Notes: generated by a model from the letters alone, not told the origin. A stretch of DNA of 64,000 nt from Oscillospiraceae bacterium (GCA_015064485.1 SVSD01000001.1:88989-152988); one strand, 5' to 3'. Counted from the stretch's first letter, positions 1 through 9,319 are shown. A program made the numbers and translations.

Positions 1-547
1 ACAAGTTCAGTCGTATCTCAACAACGGCGCAAGGATGCTCATAAAACGAGCTCTTCCCGAAACTTTTAGAGATGACGAGAATTTTGTTGATAAAGTCCTT
101 TCTGTCTACATAGAATTCTATAAAGAGGAATGTACAAAAGGCTCGGTCCTTTACGACGGCATATACGAATGTCTGAAAGAACTCAAATCAAAAGGAGCTC
201 TTCTCGGTATTGTGACAAACAAGCCCGATGTACAGACACAGATAATGGTTCCTCATTATTTCGGCGATCTTTTTGACTATATACAGGGCAACAGCCCCGA
301 AGTTCCCACAAAACCCGATCCAAAAAGAGTTGAAATGGCACTTTCTTCTCTTGGAAAATCAAAAAAAGAAACAATTTTTGTCGGCGATTCATGGGTCGAT
401 GCGGAAACTGCAAAAAACGCAAAAATCCCTTGTATCGGTGTAGCCTGGGGATTTTCCGGAAGAAAGGGATTTGAAGGCCATATGCCTGATATGATTGTCG
501 ACAAAGCTGATGAAATAGTACGAATTGCGGCTTGCGGTTTTAATTGA
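1..547 (+). CDS. HAD-superfamily phosphatase, phosphoglycolate-phosphatase-like (5' end cut by window edge)
   Basis: Frame of ORF 35..547 stays open back to base 2 (..YLNNGARMLIKRAL). HAD motifs LGIVTNKP and FVGDSWVDAETAKNA. Confidence 0.75.
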   Translation, partial: QVQSYLNNGARMLIKRALPETFRDDENFVDKVLSVYIEFYKEECTKGSVLYDGIYECLKELKSKGALLGIVTNKPDVQTQIMVPHYFGDLFDYIQGNSPEVPTKPDPKRVEMALSSLGKSKKETIFVGDSWVDAETAKNAKIPCIGVAWGFSGRKGFEGHMPDMIVDKADEIVRIAACGFN

Positions 548-563
548 TTTTGTGAGGTTTAAG

Positions 564-1169
564 ATGCAGATTCTTTGCGACGAGAAGCTAAAAGAAATAT
601 TTTCAAATATTCCGACAATAGAAACCGAAAGGCTTATATTGCGCAAGATCACCCCTTCCGACTCGGATGATATGTATGAGTATTCAAGCCGCGATGAGGT
701 AACGAAGTATCTTACTTGGAATATACATACAGGTCCCAAACAAACCGCCGCATACATACGGCTTTTGCAAAAGAAATATTTACAGGGGGTTTTCTGGGAT
801 TTCGGTCTTGAATATAAAGAAAACGGCAAATTCATCGGCACCTGCGGTTTTTCCTCTTTTGACAAAGACAAAAACTGTGCCGAGATAGGATATGTACTTT
901 CTCCCGAATACCGTGGACGGGAACTTGCAAAAGAAGCTTGTCTTGCCGTTATGAATTTCGGATTTTCGACATTTGATCTTGATAAAATATTTGCCCGCTT
1001 TATAGAGGGAAATACCCCATCTGAGCGGGTTATGCAAAAGCTTAATATGAAACACGAAGCCACATATAAAAACTCATTTTTTATAAAAAACAGCTACAAA
1101 ACAGTTGTGGAATACTCAATCTCAAAAGAGGATTTTTATAAATCTTTTCAACAAAAGGGAAAAATATGA
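564..1169 (+). CDS. GNAT-family N-acetyltransferase (RimJ/RimL-like)
   Basis: ORF 525..1169. ATG 564 chosen to avoid overlap with the upstream gene. TERLILRKITPSD and IGYVLSPEYRGRELAKEA are typical of this family. Confidence 0.7.
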   Translation: MQILCDEKLKEIFSNIPTIETERLILRKITPSDSDDMYEYSSRDEVTKYLTWNIHTGPKQTAAYIRLLQKKYLQGVFWDFGLEYKENGKFIGTCGFSSFDKDKNCAEIGYVLSPEYRGRELAKEACLAVMNFGFSTFDLDKIFARFIEGNTPSERVMQKLNMKHEATYKNSFFIKNSYKTVVEYSISKEDFYKSFQQKGKI

Positions 1170-2404
1170 CAAAATACGGACTTTGCGGAGAAAAACTGGG
1201 ACACAGCTTTTCTCCGATAATACACAAAATGCTCGGAAACGATGATTACAGCCTTTTTGCTATGACGCGCGAGGGCTTCTTATCATTTATGAAAGAAAAG
1301 AATTTTTCTGCAGTAAATGTTACAATTCCGTATAAACAGGATGCACTTTCTGCCTGCGGCGAAGTGTCGGAAGAAGCAAAAAATATCGGTTCCGTAAATA
1401 CAGTCGTAAATAAAAACGGTACACTTTACGGATACAATACAGATATTTACGGCTTTACTTTTATGCTTGAAAACGCAGGAATCCAAATCGCAGGCAAAAA
1501 AGTTCTTGTACTCGGCACCGGTGGAACGAGCCTTACAGCCGTTTCCGCCTGCAAAATGCTTGCCGCCTCCGAAATCATCACAGTATCAAGAAAAGGCGAT
1601 GTAAACTATGAAAATGTTTACGACATAAAAGATGCCGAAATAATTATAAATACCACCCCTGTCGGAATGTATCCTTCAAACGGTATCTCTCCTGTTGATA
1701 TTTCCCGATTTGAAAAGCTTTGCGGTGTAGCGGATGTTATATACAATCCCCAAAAAACAAAGCTTATCCTTGACGCCGAAAAAAGAGGATTGAAAACTGC
1801 AGGCGGACTCTCGATGCTTGTAGCTCAGGCAGTCGAAGCAGACAGGCTTTTCTTTTCAAGGGAAAAGTCTGATGACGATATAATAAAAATTCAAAAGATA
1901 TTAGATCATTTAAACTTTCAGGTTTCAAATATAGTTCTTGTCGGTATGCCCGGCTGCGGAAAATCGACCGTCGGAAAAATCGTATCCGAAAAGCTCGGAA
2001 GAAAATTTGTCGATGCTGACGATTATATAACCGAAAAATACAGAAGAACCCCGGCTGATATTATAAAAGCCGACGGCGAAGAAGAATTCAGAAGGATAGA
2101 AACGGAAGCTCTTCGCGATATTACAAAGCTTTCATCCTGTGTCATTTCCTGCGGCGGAGGCGCTGTCATAAAAGAAGAAAACAGAGATCTTATAAAGCAA
2201 AACGGCGTTTGTTTTTATATCACCCGCGATATCGAAAAACTTGCAACTTACGGAAGACCGCTCTCGTCCGGCGGAATTGACAGTTTGAAAAAGCTTTTTG
2301 AAATAAGAGAGCCTTTATATAAAATGACCGCCGATTTTGAAATCCCTCCTTGTGAAAGTGCAAAAGATTGTGCAGATATGATAATCGAAAGGTTTGTGAA
2401 GTGA
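1166..2404 (+). CDS. aroE: Bifunctional shikimate dehydrogenase / shikimate kinase fusion protein
   Basis: N-half has GHSFSPIIHKML, NVTIPYKQ, GYNTD and LGTGGTS (AroE-like). C-half has VLVGMPGCGKSTVGK, DADD and GGGAV (AroK P-loop kinase). ATGA overlap with the upstream stop. Confidence 0.85.
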   Translation: MTKYGLCGEKLGHSFSPIIHKMLGNDDYSLFAMTREGFLSFMKEKNFSAVNVTIPYKQDALSACGEVSEEAKNIGSVNTVVNKNGTLYGYNTDIYGFTFMLENAGIQIAGKKVLVLGTGGTSLTAVSACKMLAASEIITVSRKGDVNYENVYDIKDAEIIINTTPVGMYPSNGISPVDISRFEKLCGVADVIYNPQKTKLILDAEKRGLKTAGGLSMLVAQAVEADRLFFSREKSDDDIIKIQKILDHLNFQVSNIVLVGMPGCGKSTVGKIVSEKLGRKFVDADDYITEKYRRTPADIIKADGEEEFRRIETEALRDITKLSSCVISCGGGAVIKEENRDLIKQNGVCFYITRDIEKLATYGRPLSSGGIDSLKKLFEIREPLYKMTADFEIPPCESAKDCADMIIERFVK

Positions 2405-2405
2405 A

Positions 2406-2828
2406 ATGAAAATTCTTGTTATAAACGGTCCCAATCTCAATATGCTCGGAATAAGAGAACCGGCAATATACGGTAAAAGCACATATCAGGATCTTGTAAA
2501 TCTTATAGAAGAACACGCAAAAACAAAAGATATCAAAGCCGAATGTTTCCAGTCAAACCACGAAGGATGTATTGTTGATAAGATACAGGAAGCATACGGC
2601 GTCTTTGACGGCATCGTTATAAACCCCGGTGCATACACTCATACAAGCGTTGCTATTCTCGACGCTTTGAAAAGTGTCGGAATTCCCGCTGTTGAAGTGC
2701 ACATTTCGGATGTGGACTCAAGAGAAGAATTCAGGAAACTGTCGTATGTTTCGCTCTACTGCAAAAAACGAATAACCGGAAAAGGCTTTGACGGTTATCT
2801 TGAAGCTATGGATTTTTTTACTGAATAA
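2406..2828 (+). CDS. aroQ: Type II 3-dehydroquinate dehydratase
   Basis: MKILVINGPNLNMLGIREPAIYG, NPGAYTHTSVA, VEVHISD. Confidence 0.9.
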   Translation: MKILVINGPNLNMLGIREPAIYGKSTYQDLVNLIEEHAKTKDIKAECFQSNHEGCIVDKIQEAYGVFDGIVINPGAYTHTSVAILDALKSVGIPAVEVHISDVDSREEFRKLSYVSLYCKKRITGKGFDGYLEAMDFFTE

Positions 2829-2830
2829 AA

Positions 2831-2864
2831 AGATAAAACCCGACAGTAATGCCGGGTTTTATCT
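2831..2864. terminator. Bidirectional intrinsic terminator between convergent aroQ and recG
   Basis: Perfect 12-bp stem agataaaacccg / cgggttttatct with a 10-nt loop. A/T runs on both sides. Confidence 0.75.
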
Positions 2865-4953
2865 ATGCCTTGTTTTTGCTTTTTGTTATCTCATCAGCAA
2901 GTTTCTTTGTTTCCTCAACGAGCGTCATATCCGCCGCAAGGTCTGCGATTTTGAAGGAAAGCTCGCCGTGTTGGCGTCTTCCGAAAAAGTCGCCGGGTCC
3001 CCGCATTTCAAGATCGTACTGCGAGATCTTGAAACCACTTTCGTTTTCACACATTATCTTAAAGCGTTTTTCAGACGGATTATTGCCGTCTGCAAGCTGC
3101 CCCTTTATGACAGGCGACATCAAAACACAGTAGGATTTGTGTTTTCCTCTGCCGACTCTGCCCCTTAACTGATGAAGCTGCGAAAGTCCGAATCTTTCGG
3201 CATTTTCTATAACCATAAGTGCCGCATTGGGAACATTTACGCCGACTTCGATTACCGTTGTCGAAACGAGTATATCAATCTCGCCCGCCGAAAAGGATTT
3301 CATTATTTTATCTTTTGCGGCAGGTTTCATTTTTCCGTGAACAAACTCTATTTTGAGTTTCGGAAATATTTCGGTTTTCAGCTTTTCACAGTATTCCGCG
3401 GCAGACTTAAGTCCGTTTTCATATTCTTCATCAGTCAGAATTCCGTCGGTATTTTCGGCTAAAGGACATACGATATAACACTGCCTTCCTTCGGAAACGA
3501 GCTTTTCGGTAAATTTATATATTCTTTGACGCATACTTTCGCCAACGGCAAATGTATCAACCTTTTGTCTTCCCGGAGGAAGTTCATCAATTATACTTAT
3601 ATCAAGGTCGCCGTAAAGAATAAGCGCAAGGGTTCTCGGGATCGGTGTCGCCGACATTACGAGCATATGGGGAACGGTTTCTTCTCCATCCTCGGAAACC
3701 GCAGTCTTTCCCGAAAGTTTTTCCCTTTGTTTTACTCCGAAACGATGCTGTTCGTCGGTTATCGCAAGTCCGGGATTTTTAAAAATAACATTATCTTCGA
3801 TAAGCGCATGAGTACCGATAATAAAATCTATCTTTCCTTCTTTCAATGCCTCTAAAATATTCCTTTTGTGTGCCGCTTTTGTACTTCCCGTCAAAAGAGC
3901 TGTTGCAATTCTGTGTTCCTCCATCAAAGGAAGAAGCGATGCATAATGTTGTTCGGCAAGGATTTCGGTCGGAACCATCAAAGACGCCTGAAGGCCGTTT
4001 CTGACACAGGCATAAACGGCAGAAGCCGCAACGATAGTTTTACCGCTTCCCACATCACCCTGAACAAGTCTTCGCATAGGTTGTGTATACAGCACTGTAT
4101 CGCTTGCCTGCTGTACCGTTTCGCTTCGCGTCATATCGTAAAGGATATTTTCTATACTGTTTTTCTGTGCATCGGTAAGTCCGAAGGACAAGGAATCGAA
4201 AAATGGCTGCATATCGGGACGATAAAGCTTTATAGCCTTTCCCTTGCGGTTTCGGTCTTTTAAAGAGCGAAGTCTTAATTGGAAATTCAAAAGCTCTTCA
4301 AAGGCAAGGCGTTTTCTTGCCGCTTTCATTTTTTCTCCGTCGCTCGGGAAATGTATTGTATAAAGCGCATCGTAAAGCGACATAAGACCATACTTCTCTA
4401 TTATGTCTTTGGGCAAACTTTCCACACCGAAATAGCAGTCCAGCGCAGATTTTACAAGCCTTGATATCATCTTACAGCTTATTCCGGATGTCAGCGGATA
4501 TATGGGAACAAGGCTGTCAAGCTCTTTTCCCTCGATATACGGTTCATAAGCAGGGGAAGTCATCTGAGGAGAAAGAAAAGTACCTGTCACCTGACCGTAA
4601 AATCTGAATTTTCTTCCTGTAACAAGCGTGTTTTTCAAAAATTCCTGGTTGAAAAATGTAAGTAACACACTTCCCGTTTCGTCATGGGCTGTGACTTTCT
4701 GAACCGTCATTTTTCTCCCGGCTTTTGATGAAATGCGTGTGCTTTTTAACGGAGAAGATATTTCAAGTATGCACGATGAAGTAAAACCGGGAGTAAGTTC
4801 ACAAACTTTTTTTATCTCTCCCCTGTTTTCATATCCTCTCGGATAATGGCGAACAAGGTCATCAACAGTATAAATATCAAGCTTTTCAAAAAGCTTTGCA
4901 CGCTGCTCGCTAACTCCGTAAAGAACCGTTATCGGGCTTTGAGGTGTCGGCAT
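2863..4953 (-). CDS. recG: ATP-dependent DNA helicase RecG
   Basis: 696 aa. Wedge/OB N-terminus, helicase motifs GDVGSGKT, DEQHRFG and SATPIPRT, then QLHQLRGRVGRG. Confidence 0.92.
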   Translation of the reverse strand: MPTPQSPITVLYGVSEQRAKLFEKLDIYTVDDLVRHYPRGYENRGEIKKVCELTPGFTSSCILEISSPLKSTRISSKAGRKMTVQKVTAHDETGSVLLTFFNQEFLKNTLVTGRKFRFYGQVTGTFLSPQMTSPAYEPYIEGKELDSLVPIYPLTSGISCKMISRLVKSALDCYFGVESLPKDIIEKYGLMSLYDALYTIHFPSDGEKMKAARKRLAFEELLNFQLRLRSLKDRNRKGKAIKLYRPDMQPFFDSLSFGLTDAQKNSIENILYDMTRSETVQQASDTVLYTQPMRRLVQGDVGSGKTIVAASAVYACVRNGLQASLMVPTEILAEQHYASLLPLMEEHRIATALLTGSTKAAHKRNILEALKEGKIDFIIGTHALIEDNVIFKNPGLAITDEQHRFGVKQREKLSGKTAVSEDGEETVPHMLVMSATPIPRTLALILYGDLDISIIDELPPGRQKVDTFAVGESMRQRIYKFTEKLVSEGRQCYIVCPLAENTDGILTDEEYENGLKSAAEYCEKLKTEIFPKLKIEFVHGKMKPAAKDKIMKSFSAGEIDILVSTTVIEVGVNVPNAALMVIENAERFGLSQLHQLRGRVGRGKHKSYCVLMSPVIKGQLADGNNPSEKRFKIMCENESGFKISQYDLEMRGPGDFFGRRQHGELSFKIADLAADMTLVEETKKLADEITKSKNKA

Positions 4954-5114
4954 ATCTTCCCCTCCTTTTTATGTGATTTTGGACATTATTTTACTTTTTG
5001 CAATAATAAACATATGTTTATTTATTGAATTGTACCACATTCCCCTTTTGTTTGCAATAGAATTTGCTGTATTTAACAAATATTTAAAGAATGTGAAAAA
5101 TTTAATTATTGCTA

Positions 5115-5143
5115 TTGCAAATTTGAAAAAAATGTATTATAAT
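5115..5143 (+). promoter_or_regulatory. Sigma-A-type promoter for gap
   Basis: TTGCAA (5115-5120), 17-nt spacer, TATAAT (5138-5143), ~55 nt upstream of the gap ATG. Confidence 0.6.
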
Positions 5144-5197
5144 ACTATGGAATGGGAAAATATTCACAAACAAATTATTTTTTAGGAGGACATAAAA

Positions 5198-6226
5198 ATG
5201 TCAGTTAAAGTTGCCATTAACGGTTTCGGCCGTATCGGTCGTCTTGCTTTCAGACAGATGTTTGGTGCTGAAGGTTACGAAGTAGTTGCTATCAACGACC
5301 TCACAAGCCCCGACATGCTCGCTCATCTTCTTAAGTACGATACAGCTCAGGGTTCTTACCTCGGCTACATCGGCGAAGGCAAGCACACTGTTGAATCCAC
5401 AGCTGATTCCATTATCGTTGACGGTAAGGAAATCAAAATCTACGCTTGCAAGGATGCTAATGACTGTCCTTGGGGCGAACTCGGTGTTGATGTTGTTCTT
5501 GAATGTACAGGCTTCTACTGCTCTAAGGAAAAGTCTATGGCTCACATCAACGCAGGCGCTAAGAAGGTTGTTATCTCTGCTCCCGCAGACAAAGAAACAA
5601 AGACAATCGTATTCAGCGTAAACGAAAACACTCTTACAGCTGATGACAAGATCATCTCCGCTGCTTCCTGCACAACAAACTGCCTCGCTCCTATGGCTAA
5701 GGCTCTTAACGATTATGCAGCTATCCAGAGCGGTATTATGACAACTGTTCACGCTTACACAGGTGACCAGATGATCCTCGACGGTCCTCACAGAAAGGGC
5801 GACCTCCGTCGTGCTCGTGCCGGCGCTCAGAACATCGTTCCTAACTCTACAGGTGCTGCTAAGGCTATCGGCCTTGTTATCCCCGAACTCAACGGCAAGC
5901 TCATCGGCTCCGCTCAGAGAGTTCCCACTTGCACAGGTTCTACAACTATCCTCGTTGCAGTTGTAAAGGGCAAGGATATCACTGTTGAAGGCATCAACGC
6001 TGCTATGAAGGCTGCTGCTTCCGATTCCTTCGGCTACAACACAGAAGCTATCGTTTCTTCCGATGTTATCGGTATGAGATACGGTTCTCTCTTCGATGCA
6101 ACTCAGACAATGGTTGCAAAGATTGATGACGACACATATCAGGTACAGGTTGTTTCTTGGTACGACAATGAAAACTCCTACACAAGCCAGATGGTTCGTA
6201 CAATCAAATACTTCGCAGAAATCTAA
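5198..6226 (+). CDS. gap: Glyceraldehyde-3-phosphate dehydrogenase
   Basis: [12 protein letters not shown]-binding N-terminus and active-site [18 protein letters not shown] upstream. Confidence 0.95.
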   Translation: MSVKVAINGFGRIGRLAFRQMFGAEGYEVVAINDLTSPDMLAHLLKYDTAQGSYLGYIGEGKHTVESTADSIIVDGKEIKIYACKDANDCPWGELGVDVVLECTGFYCSKEKSMAHINAGAKKVVISAPADKETKTIVFSVNENTLTADDKIISAASCTTNCLAPMAKALNDYAAIQSGIMTTVHAYTGDQMILDGPHRKGDLRRARAGAQNIVPNSTGAAKAIGLVIPELNGKLIGSAQRVPTCTGSTTILVAVVKGKDITVEGINAAMKAAASDSFGYNTEAIVSSDVIGMRYGSLFDATQTMVAKIDDDTYQVQVVSWYDNENSYTSQMVRTIKYFAEI

Positions 6227-6240
6227 GTTTTTAAAACTTA

Positions 6241-6277
6241 AAAAAAGGAGCTGTAATTTTTTACAGCTCCTTTTTTA
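6241..6277 (+). terminator. gap terminator; member of the GGAGCTGTA hairpin family
   Basis: A-run, stem ggagctgta / tacagctcc, loop attttt, T-run. Confidence 0.8.
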
Positions 6278-6487
6278 AGGTCTGGGAAAAATGCTTCAGA
6301 AAGAACAAACAGCATCCGAAGGCGCACTTCCGTACAACGAGAGATCTGTTTGTCCACAGCAAAAAAAGAATAATTATTTTGAAAAACTCATTTTTTGAGT
6401 TTTTCTTGCATTTTATCTCGATTTTTCTTTTAGTTATCTTTATTTTTCTTCTTTTTTGCGCTCCGGACTTTTTTACATCCCTTTTTT
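6278..6487. repeat. Repeat family A, copy 1 (~210 bp between terminator T-run and ttttttacatccctttttt)
   Basis: Aligns by eye along its whole length with 9320..9540. Contains conserved long stem gaacaaacag..ctgtttgtcc and a second hairpin+T-run aaaaactca tttt tgagttttt. Confidence 0.8.
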
Positions 6488-6510
6488 GTATTTTCAACTC
6501 TCCCGACGGC

Positions 6511-6539
6511 TTGACAAACAGCGGCTTTTATAGTATCAT
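6511..6539 (+). promoter_or_regulatory. Promoter of tRNA-Arg(CCU)
   Basis: TTGACA (6511-6516), 17-nt spacer, TATCAT (6534-6539). Confidence 0.6.
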
Positions 6540-6560
6540 ATTTCAATAAGAAATATTTCT

Positions 6561-6635
6561 GCCTCCATAGTTAAATGGATATAACAAACCCCTCCTAAGG
6601 GTTAGTTATGGGTTCGATTCCCGTTGGGGGTGCCA
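6561..6635 (+). tRNA. tRNA-Arg (anticodon CCU), CCA encoded
   Basis: Hand-folded cloverleaf. Acceptor gcctcca/tgggggt, D stem gtta/taac, anticodon stem aaccc/gggtt with loop ctCCTaa, T arm atggg-ttcgatt-cccgt. 75 nt. Confidence 0.88.
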
Positions 6636-6666
6636 AAAAGCCGTACGCTTAAATGTACGGTTTTTT
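6636..6666 (+). terminator. tRNA-Arg(CCU) terminator
   Basis: ccgtac-gcttaaat-gtacgg followed by tttttt. Confidence 0.7.
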
Positions 6667-6748
6667 GTTTATTTTCTTCTTCGTTACTTGCTTGTATTTT
6701 GCTATTAAATATGATATAATGATGAAAATTTATAAAGGAGAATCGGTT

Positions 6749-7918
6749 ATGGTAAGCTTGCTTATTATAATATATATTGTTTTTATTTCTTTGGGTCTTC
6801 CTGATTCTCTTTTTGGAGTTGCATGGCCGGTCGTTCACAAAGAATTTTGTATCCCCGAAAGTTTTGCATCCGTATACAGTATAATAATCGGTATTTCTAC
6901 AGGCGGTGTAAGCTTTTTTGCAGGAAAACTTATAAGAAAATTCGGAACCGGCAAAGTAACTTTTTTCTCCACACTTCTTACAGTTATCGCTCTTGCCGGC
7001 ATCAGTTTTTCTCCAAACATTGTTGTGATGATGATTTTTTCTGTAATATTGGGTTATGGTGCAGGCGCAATCGATACCGGGCTTAATAATTTCGTTTCTC
7101 TTCATTATAAAGCAAAACATATGAACTGGTTTCATTGTTTTTGGGGACTTGGAGTGACAATAAGCCCGATGATAATGTCAAAGTTTCTCGGAGGAGAAAC
7201 TTTGTGGAGAGACGGGTACAGAGTTATTGCGATAATACAGCTTATAATTGCAGTAATTGTTTTGTTGACCCTCAAAAAATGGAATATAGCCGCTGAAAAC
7301 AGATCGGTATCACAAACACCTGAAAACAATTTGCCCGAAAAGAAATTAGTTGATTTACTAAGAATGAAAGGTGTCAAAACAAGCATTATTTCGCTCGGAC
7401 TTTACTGCGGCGGCGAATTTGTACTCGGCACATGGGGCGCAACTTTTGCCGTTAATACATTTTCCGTATCCCCGGAAGAAGCGGCAAAATGGGTTTCTCT
7501 TTATTATGGCGGAATTATGCTTGGCAGAATTATTTCAGGATTTTTGTCAGAAAAGCTATCCGACAATATGCTCATAAAATGCGGTGCTGCTGTTGCGGCT
7601 GCGGGCATAATGTTTTTCCTTTTGCCGATAGGAAAATTTGCACTTATAGGGCTTGTTTTGATAGGTATAGGTTACGGTCCTATATTCCCAAGCGTACTTC
7701 ACAGCATCCCCGAAAGATTTGGAACGGACTATTCCGCGGATATTACCGGTCATCATATGGGCGGAGCATATGCTATAGGTTTTGCCGTTCAGCTTATATA
7801 TGGATATTTAGCTTCCTCAACGACATTTGCTGTAACTCCGTTTATCCTTCTTGCACTGGCTCTTGGAGTAGTCATCACAACTGTTTATACATTAAGAGTG
7901 CTTAAAAACAACAGTTAA
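6749..7918 (+). CDS. MFS-type transporter
   Basis: Polytopic hydrophobic profile, ~12 segments. ATG 6749 preceded by AAAGGAG. The longer ORF start 6653 would run through the tRNA terminator. Confidence 0.72.
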   Translation: MVSLLIIIYIVFISLGLPDSLFGVAWPVVHKEFCIPESFASVYSIIIGISTGGVSFFAGKLIRKFGTGKVTFFSTLLTVIALAGISFSPNIVVMMIFSVILGYGAGAIDTGLNNFVSLHYKAKHMNWFHCFWGLGVTISPMIMSKFLGGETLWRDGYRVIAIIQLIIAVIVLLTLKKWNIAAENRSVSQTPENNLPEKKLVDLLRMKGVKTSIISLGLYCGGEFVLGTWGATFAVNTFSVSPEEAAKWVSLYYGGIMLGRIISGFLSEKLSDNMLIKCGAAVAAAGIMFFLLPIGKFALIGLVLIGIGYGPIFPSVLHSIPERFGTDYSADITGHHMGGAYAIGFAVQLIYGYLASSTTFAVTPFILLALALGVVITTVYTLRVLKNNS

Positions 7919-8012
7919 GTTCAAAACTGCTTTTTATGCATCCTTTATGCTATGATAAAATGATATTTGGAATAATCATTTTGTATTGGAATTCGATTTC
8001 TTATTTGTCGAC

Positions 8013-8041
8013 TTGACAAGACTCATAATGTGTGTTATAAT
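8013..8041 (+). promoter_or_regulatory. Promoter of tRNA-Val
   Basis: TTGACA (8013-8018), 17-nt spacer, TATAAT (8036-8041). Confidence 0.65.
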
Positions 8042-8111
8042 GACAAAGTCAATAAAATGTTTTTGCAATAACATAGGCAAAAAGCCTTGTTTTTCCGGCA
8101 TTTAAGATTAC

Positions 8112-8188
8112 GGAGGCATAGCTCAGCTGGTTAGAGTACTTGCTTGACATGCAAGGGGTCAGTGGTTCGAGTCCACTTGTCTCCACCA
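8112..8188 (+). tRNA. tRNA-Val (anticodon GAC), CCA encoded
   Basis: ggaggcatagctcagctggttagag.., anticodon stem cttgc/gcaag with loop ttGACat, T arm ggttcgagtcc. 77 nt. Confidence 0.9.
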
Positions 8189-8230
8189 AAACAGTCCTGA
8201 ATTTATAAAATTCAGGACTGTTTCTTTTTT
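8189..8230 (+). terminator. tRNA-Val terminator
   Basis: 12-bp stem acagtcctgaat / attcaggactgt followed by a T-rich run. Confidence 0.8.
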
Positions 8231-8248
8231 ATTTTTTATAATTATCCC

Positions 8249-8277
8249 TTGAAAAAAATGCGGGTTTGATATATAAT
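8249..8277 (+). promoter_or_regulatory. Promoter of the 8333 gene
   Basis: TTGAAA (8249-8254), 17-nt spacer, TATAAT (8272-8277). Confidence 0.55.
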
Positions 8278-8332
8278 TGTTTTAAGATAACCCTATCGTT
8301 AAAAACACATTAAATTTGAAGAGGAAAGTAAT

Positions 8333-9280
8333 ATGAAGAACTTTTGCCGTTATACAAGTTTAGCGATTACATCCGCGCTTATTCTTTTGATGATGATTCC
8401 GTGTTTTGCAGCCGACTCTCTTGTTACGATCGATTCGGTCGAATTTGAAGAATATTCGGACATTTACGGCGAGCGTGATGCACATACAGTCCGCACAAAA
8501 TTAAAATACACTGTCCCCGAAGGAACCGAAAGCGTTACTCTTTCATTCCTCGGAAAAGACACTTCCGTTCCGACAGAATTTGTGCAGAGTACGATATATA
8601 TCGATCAGATAGATGAACCGACCGGAGAATTCGAATTTCTTATCGAGCGTTCAAGAATCGCACAGGCACTCGGAACATCCGATATCGAAGGAAAAACTCT
8701 TTATCTTAAAATGGGCGCTTCCGGAAGCGATGCCGCAGATGTTATGGAAGTTACATATAACACTCCCACTTGTATGACATTTGAAGGAACTCAGATAAGA
8801 ACCGAAGGCGTACAGGGCTTGAGATTTATTTTCTCCATTCCCAAATCTGTTTATGATACCCTGCAGCACCCCGCATCTCAGAATGATACAGATCTTGGCT
8901 TTGGAAGTGTTGTTTTGCCTCGCAGGTATCTCGGAAATGAAAAGCTTGTAAAAGGTTTCGAAACCGCAGAGGGTAAAAAAGCAAAGACCATCCCTGCAGT
9001 AAAGCTTTTCAAGATCACAGACGACCGTGTATATTATACAGTCTGCATAGTAGATATAAAAGAAGCTGGTTACAACGAAGAATATGTTGCAGTTCCGTAT
9101 ATAACATATGAAAAAGACGGTGAAACCGTAACAGAATACGGAATGCAGACAGAAAATGTAAATGTTTTCTCTGTTGCTGAGCTTTACTATAATGATGCAA
9201 AGACAACAGAAGATGAAAAAACTTATCTGTATGAAAACATTTTGTCTTTGGTTGATCCCGAAAATTATCCTAAAGCATAA
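8333..9280 (+). CDS. Secreted protein of unknown function; C-terminal domain shared with the product of 12110..14239
   Basis: Signal peptide ..ILLMMIPCFAADS. C-terminal ~150 aa (GTQIR..GLRF..LPRRY..PAVKLF..YYTVCIVDI..YVAVPYITY) parallels YVLGAQIR..LRF..LPKED..PAVKLF..FTVCITNI..YIVRPYVKY. Confidence 0.65.
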   Translation: MKNFCRYTSLAITSALILLMMIPCFAADSLVTIDSVEFEEYSDIYGERDAHTVRTKLKYTVPEGTESVTLSFLGKDTSVPTEFVQSTIYIDQIDEPTGEFEFLIERSRIAQALGTSDIEGKTLYLKMGASGSDAADVMEVTYNTPTCMTFEGTQIRTEGVQGLRFIFSIPKSVYDTLQHPASQNDTDLGFGSVVLPRRYLGNEKLVKGFETAEGKKAKTIPAVKLFKITDDRVYYTVCIVDIKEAGYNEEYVAVPYITYEKDGETVTEYGMQTENVNVFSVAELYYNDAKTTEDEKTYLYENILSLVDPENYPKA

Positions 9281-9283
9281 TTT

Positions 9284-9319
9284 AAAAAGGAGCTGTAAAA
9301 AATTACAGCTCCTTTTTTA
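9284..9319 (+). terminator. Terminator of the 8333 gene; GGAGCTGTA hairpin family
   Basis: Stem ggagctgta / tacagctcc, loop aaaaat (reverse complement of the loop at 6257-6262), T-run. Confidence 0.8.

Noticed and set aside
5090-5175. Possible Rex/CggR-type operator near the gap promoter (TGTGAA at ~5093 and TTCACA at ~5164)
   Set aside because: The half-sites are about 65 bp apart, not the 6-bp spacing of a Rex box. No proper palindrome.
6291-6398. 35-codon ORF (MLQKEQTASEGALPYNER...) inside repeat family A, with an equal-length counterpart at 9334..9441 and an AGGA-like sequence upstream
   Set aside because: The two copies keep the same length only through compensating single-base indels (agatctg versus aggtgctg, then a 7-A versus 6-A run), so codons 19-24 are read in different frames. 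Substitutions are almost all non-synonymous. The ORF sits directly behind a strong terminator with no promoter. The conserved feature is the RNA stem, not the peptide.
6456-6468. Resemblance of gcgctccggact at the end of repeat A copy 1 to the reverse complement of the tRNA-Gln 3' end (ggctgccggact)
   Set aside because: It is short, and the matching position in copy 2 (gcgatctggatt) is not conserved. Too weak to claim that family A carries a tRNA-end mimic.
6261-6497. Minus-strand ORFs 6261..6497 (78 aa) and 9484..9684 (66 aa) from the ORF track
   Set aside because: Lysine-rich, low-complexity translations of A/T runs within the repeats. The second overlaps tRNA-Gln and its terminator. No RBS.
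6653-6748. Longer N-terminal extensions offered by the ORF track (6653 for the MFS gene; also 525, 12095, 22229, 28168, 30110, 33206, 37228, 42537, 45170, 52491, 54397)
   Set aside because: Each extension lacks an RBS, overlaps the neighbouring gene's coding sequence, or runs through a tRNA terminator, a riboswitch terminator or AT-rich promoter DNA. Internal ATGs with GGAGG-type RBS give normal N-termini, such as signal peptides or family-typical starts.
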